Origin: an uncultured Thermus sp.
GTDB lineage: Bacteria > Deinococcota > Deinococci > Deinococcales > Thermaceae
Direction: 5' to 3'
Length of the DNA: 18,971 nt
Assembly: GCA_947085095.1 (NCBI GenBank)
Contig: CAMTVD010000031.1
Location: 1-18,971 of the forward strand
Shown here: positions 16,072-18,971 of the stretch, in pieces
Numbering within the stretch: the stretch's first letter is position 1
Layout of the letters: each line of letters starts with the position of its first letter
Notes under the pieces: generated by a model
The model's input: only the letters and a program-made list of their open reading frames with translations
Database searches by the model: none
Told to the model about the DNA's origin: nothing
Position numbers and translations under genes: made by a program

Positions 16072-18086
16072 TCCCCCTCAAGCCCGAGGAGACCCTGGCC
16101 TTTTTGGGCCAGGCGGACAAAAACCTGAAAAGGCTCCGCGCCCTCTTCAAGGAGGCCTTCGGGGAGCGCCTAAGGCTCGTGGTCCGGGGGGACCAGGTGG
16201 AGCTTTCCGGGGAGGCGGAGGCGGTGGGGGTGGCGGAGCGGGTGGTGCGGGACCTCCTGGCCCTCCTCCGCCAGGGGGCCGAGCTGGACGAGCCCACCCT
16301 GGAGCAGGCGGTGGCCCTGGCCCAGGAGGGGCAGGGCCTCTACCAGGCCACCACCCCGGAAACGGAGCTCTCTCTCCCCGGCCGCCTCCGCCCCAAGACC
16401 CCGGGGCAGAGGCGGTATGTGGAGGCCATCGCCCAACACGACATCACCTTTGGCATCGGCCCCGCGGGGACGGGCAAGACCTACCTGGCGGTGGCCATGG
16501 CCGTGAGCCACCTCCGCGCCCGCAAGGTGAAGCGCATCGTCCTCACCCGGCCCGCGGTGGAGGCGGGGGAGAAGCTGGGGTTTTTGCCGGGGGATATCCA
16601 GGCCAAGGTGGACCCCTACCTGAGGCCCCTCTACGACGCCCTTTTTGACATGATTGACGCCGAGCGCTTTGAGCAGTACCTGCAGTCCGGCATTATTGAG
16701 GTGGCGCCTCTGGCCTTTATGAGGGGCAGGGCCCAGCCCGTGGACACGCCGGTGCTGACCCCCGAAGGTTTCCGTCCCATCGGCAGCCTAGAACCGGGGG
16801 ACTGGGTGGTGGGGGCCTACGGCGTGCCGGTGATGGTGGTGGCCGTCCATCCCCAAGGGAAGAGACCCATCTACCGGGTCCGCTTCAGCGACGGCGTGGA
16901 AACCCGGGCCACGGGGGACCACCTTTGGGCCGTACGCACTCCCTGGGACCGGAGGCGGGAGCGCCCCCCTCGCCTGGTCACCACCGAAGAGATGCGGGGG
17001 AACCTCCGCCTGCACCACCAGCACCGCTATGAAGTTCCCCTGCTCCAAGCGCCTGTAGAGTTTCCAAAGCGCCCCGTCCCCCTGGATCCCTACGCTTTGG
17101 GCCTCCTCCTGGGAGACGGATGCCTCACGGGTAGCACCACGCCCAGCTTCTCCACCAGCGACCCTGAGCTCAAAGAGGCCCTTGCCGCCCGGCTCCAAGG
17201 GGTGCAGGTGGTCCCTAAAGGCGGCGTGGACCACACCCTGACCCTGGGCTTCAAGGGAGGGAAAAACCGCAACCCGGTCAGCGAGGCCCTCCGGGCCCTA
17301 GGCCTTTGGGGAACGCGCTCCAGCGAGCGCTTTGTGCCCGAGGAGTATCTGTGGAACACCTCGGAGGTTCGTTTGGGCGTTCTCCAGGGGCTGCTGGACA
17401 GCGACGGCAGCGTGCACGTGCAGGAGGGGCGGAAGGCGCGGGTCCAGTTCTCCACCTCCTCTCCCCGTCTAGCTCGGGACGTGGCCTTCTTGGTCCGCTC
17501 CCTGGGCGGCGTGGTCTACCACCGGGTGCGGCCCCAAGACCGCCTGCGCCGGGGCCGGCCTGTCTACCACCGGGCCGAAAGCCACGTCCTGGATATCCGC
17601 CTGCCCCCGGGACTTCCGCCCTTCCGCCTGGCGCGAAAGGCCAGGGTCTACGCCCAAACCGGAGGGATCCGTCCCATGCGTTTCGTGGAAGCCATTGAAC
17701 CCGCCGGGGAAGCGGAGGCGGTGTGCATCACGGTGGCCAGCCCCGACGGCCTCTATGTAACCGAGGACTTCATCCTCACCCACAACACCCTGAACGACGC
17801 CTTCATCATCCTGGACGAGGCCCAGAACACCACCCCAGAGCAGATGAAGATGTTCCTCACCCGCATGGGCTTCAGCTCCAAGATGGTCATCACCGGGGAC
17901 GTGACCCAGATTGACCTGCCCAAGCACCAAAAATCCGGCCTCATTGAGGCCACCCGCATCCTCAGGGGGATTGAGGGCATCGCCTTCGTCTACTTCAAGG
18001 AGTCCGACGTGGTGCGCCATCCCCTGGTGGCCCGCATCATCAAGGCCTACGAGGAGGCCGAGCGTGGTGGCGGTCCTGGCCAATAA
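16035..18086 (+). CDS. phoH: PhoH family ATPase precursor with an in-frame intein (mature protein about 331 aa)
   Basis: PKTPGQ, Walker [27 protein letters not shown], and [11 protein letters not shown]...IILDEAQN interrupted by a 352-aa insert, then [10 protein letters not shown]. Confidence 0.95.
   Translation: MARNPEEAQRLLIPLKPEETLAFLGQADKNLKRLRALFKEAFGERLRLVVRGDQVELSGEAEAVGVAERVVRDLLALLRQGAELDEPTLEQAVALAQEGQGLYQATTPETELSLPGRLRPKTPGQRRYVEAIAQHDITFGIGPAGTGKTYLAVAMAVSHLRARKVKRIVLTRPAVEAGEKLGFLPGDIQAKVDPYLRPLYDALFDMIDAERFEQYLQSGIIEVAPLAFMRGRAQPVDTPVLTPEGFRPIGSLEPGDWVVGAYGVPVMVVAVHPQGKRPIYRVRFSDGVETRATGDHLWAVRTPWDRRRERPPRLVTTEEMRGNLRLHHQHRYEVPLLQAPVEFPKRPVPLDPYALGLLLGDGCLTGSTTPSFSTSDPELKEALAARLQGVQVVPKGGVDHTLTLGFKGGKNRNPVSEALRALGLWGTRSSERFVPEEYLWNTSEVRLGVLQGLLDSDGSVHVQEGRKARVQFSTSSPRLARDVAFLVRSLGGVVYHRVRPQDRLRRGRPVYHRAESHVLDIRLPPGLPPFRLARKARVYAQTGGIRPMRFVEAIEPAGEAEAVCITVASPDGLYVTEDFILTHNTLNDAFIILDEAQNTTPEQMKMFLTRMGFSSKMVITGDVTQIDLPKHQKSGLIEATRILRGIEGIAFVYFKESDVVRHPLVARIIKAYEEAERGGGPGQ
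16731..17786 (+). mobile_element. Class-3 intein (Ala1, WCT triplet) with a LAGLIDADG homing endonuclease, 352 aa
   Basis: Starts [13 protein letters not shown]. Block B ATGDHLW (Trp 16926), block C LGLLLGDG, block [10 protein letters not shown], block F AVCITV (Cys 17724). Ends ILTHN followed by +1 Thr. Confidence 0.93.
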
Positions 18087-18483
18087 GCGCCCTCCCAAAG
18101 GCCTCGTGCCCCGGCTCCGGCGGGCCCTCTCCGCCCTCATGACGGAGCTGGGGGTGGGGGACAAGGCGGTCACGGTGATCCTCACCGGGGACCGCCGCAT
18201 GAGGGCCCTCAAGCGGGAATGGTGGGGGGAGGACGAGGCCACCGACGTCCTCTCCTTTCCCCACTACGAGCCCGGGGACCCCTTCCTTCCCCCCCACCTG
18301 GGGGACATCTGGATCAGCCTGGACACGGCCCAGCGCCAGGCGGAGGCCCGGAGGGTTCCCCTCGAGGCGGAGGTCCTGGAGCTGGCGGCCCACGGGCTAT
18401 GGCACCTCCTGGGCCACGACCACCAGAAGGAGGAGGATTGGGAAGGCTTCCGCCGCGTCCAAGAGAGGATCCTCACCCTGTAA
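18064..18483 (+). CDS. ybeY: rRNA maturation endoribonuclease YbeY
   Basis: GAGGAGG (18051-18057) lies 6 nt before GTG 18064. Motifs TDVLSFP, LGDI.IS and HGLWHLLGHDH. Confidence 0.95.
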   Translation: MVAVLANKRPPKGLVPRLRRALSALMTELGVGDKAVTVILTGDRRMRALKREWWGEDEATDVLSFPHYEPGDPFLPPHLGDIWISLDTAQRQAEARRVPLEAEVLELAAHGLWHLLGHDHQKEEDWEGFRRVQERILTL

Positions 18484-18488
18484 AGGGG

Positions 18489-18836
18489 GTGGCCCGGTCC
18501 TTCCTCTACGCCTGGGAGGGCCTGGCCTACGCCTGGCGGGTGCAACGGAACTTCCGCCTCCAGGCCCACCTGGGCCTCCTGGCCCTCCTCATGGCCCTCT
18601 GGCTTGGGGTGGATCCGGTGCCCGTCCTCCTCCTCATCGCCCTGGTCCTCTCCTTGGAGCTCCTGAACACCGCCTTGGAGGCCCTCGCCGACCTGGCCAG
18701 CCCCGTCTACCACCCCCTGGCCAAGCGGGCCAAGGACACCGCCGCCGCCGCCGTGCTCCTGGCCAGCCTCCTCGCCCTGCTGGTGGGCCTGTACCTTTTC
18801 CTGCCTCCCCTTCTCTCCCGGCTTGGGCTAAGCTAA
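18489..18836 (+). CDS. dgkA: Diacylglycerol/undecaprenol kinase (DgkA family)
   Basis: SF.YAWEGL, NFR, ELLNTALE...D and AKRAKDTAAAAVL. The start codon (GTG 18489) is uncertain, and the TAA stop sits at the IS junction. Confidence 0.9.
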   Translation: MARSFLYAWEGLAYAWRVQRNFRLQAHLGLLALLMALWLGVDPVPVLLLIALVLSLELLNTALEALADLASPVYHPLAKRAKDTAAAAVLLASLLALLVGLYLFLPPLLSRLGLS

Positions 18837-18971
18837 GTGCCAACCCCTTATCATGTCAACATGGCAGCCCCTCTTCAGATCCAGCTGACCCCTGAGGAGG
18901 ACCGGCTCCTGCTGGAACTCTCCCTGGACCCGAAGACCCACAAGAAAACCCGCCTCTGGGCCGCCATGGTC
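18834..18971 (+). mobile_element. 5' (left) end of a second copy of the IS630-like element including the TA target, pointing out of the window
   Basis: Exact reverse complement of 1-138; begins TAAGTGCCAACCCCTTATCATGTCAACATG. Confidence 0.8.
18861..18971 (+). CDS. IS630-like transposase, N-terminal 37 aa (partial)
   Basis: ATG at 18861 with TATCAT (18849-18854) 6 nt upstream; same peptide as at 1-111. Confidence 0.75.
   Translation, partial: MAAPLQIQLTPEEDRLLLELSLDPKTHKKTRLWAAMV

Noticed and set aside
16640..16730. ATT/TTT-rich codons flanking the intein as a possible homing co-conversion tract
   Set aside because: Similar ATT-GA and TTT-GA codon contexts occur in floA and other core genes, so this cannot be supported without an allele comparison.

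Overview
High-GC (roughly 65-70% by eye) Thermus-like chromosomal segment, probably a whole contig. Both ends carry the same 140 bp in inverted orientation: the 5' end of an IS630-like insertion sequence plus its TA target. The core genes, in order, are an IS-truncated ABC-3 metal permease, a MEMO1/AmmeMemoRadiSam-B protein, rnr, a class-III aminotransferase, a thioesterase, rbfA, glmM, azlC/azlD, polA (832 aa, Taq-like), aroE and an nfeD-floA-ORF-phoH-ybeY-dgkA operon. Structure not explained by these genes: (1) a 1.44 kb integrase-less islet at the 3' end of polA, carrying an AAA+/DUF4143 ATPase with a palindromic operator-like site. It is bounded by 170 bp direct repeats, one of which appears to be the displaced original polA tail. 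(2) A 352-aa Ala1 class-3 (WCT) intein with a LAGLIDADG endonuclease, inserted in the RGR/TL motif of PhoH. (3) A heavily deleted yigZ remnant between aroE and polA. (4) IS/host junctions that appear to create hybrid sigma-A promoters at both ends. (5) An RRE/PqqD-like N-terminal domain on the MEMO1 protein. All calls were made by eye from motifs; no searches were run.
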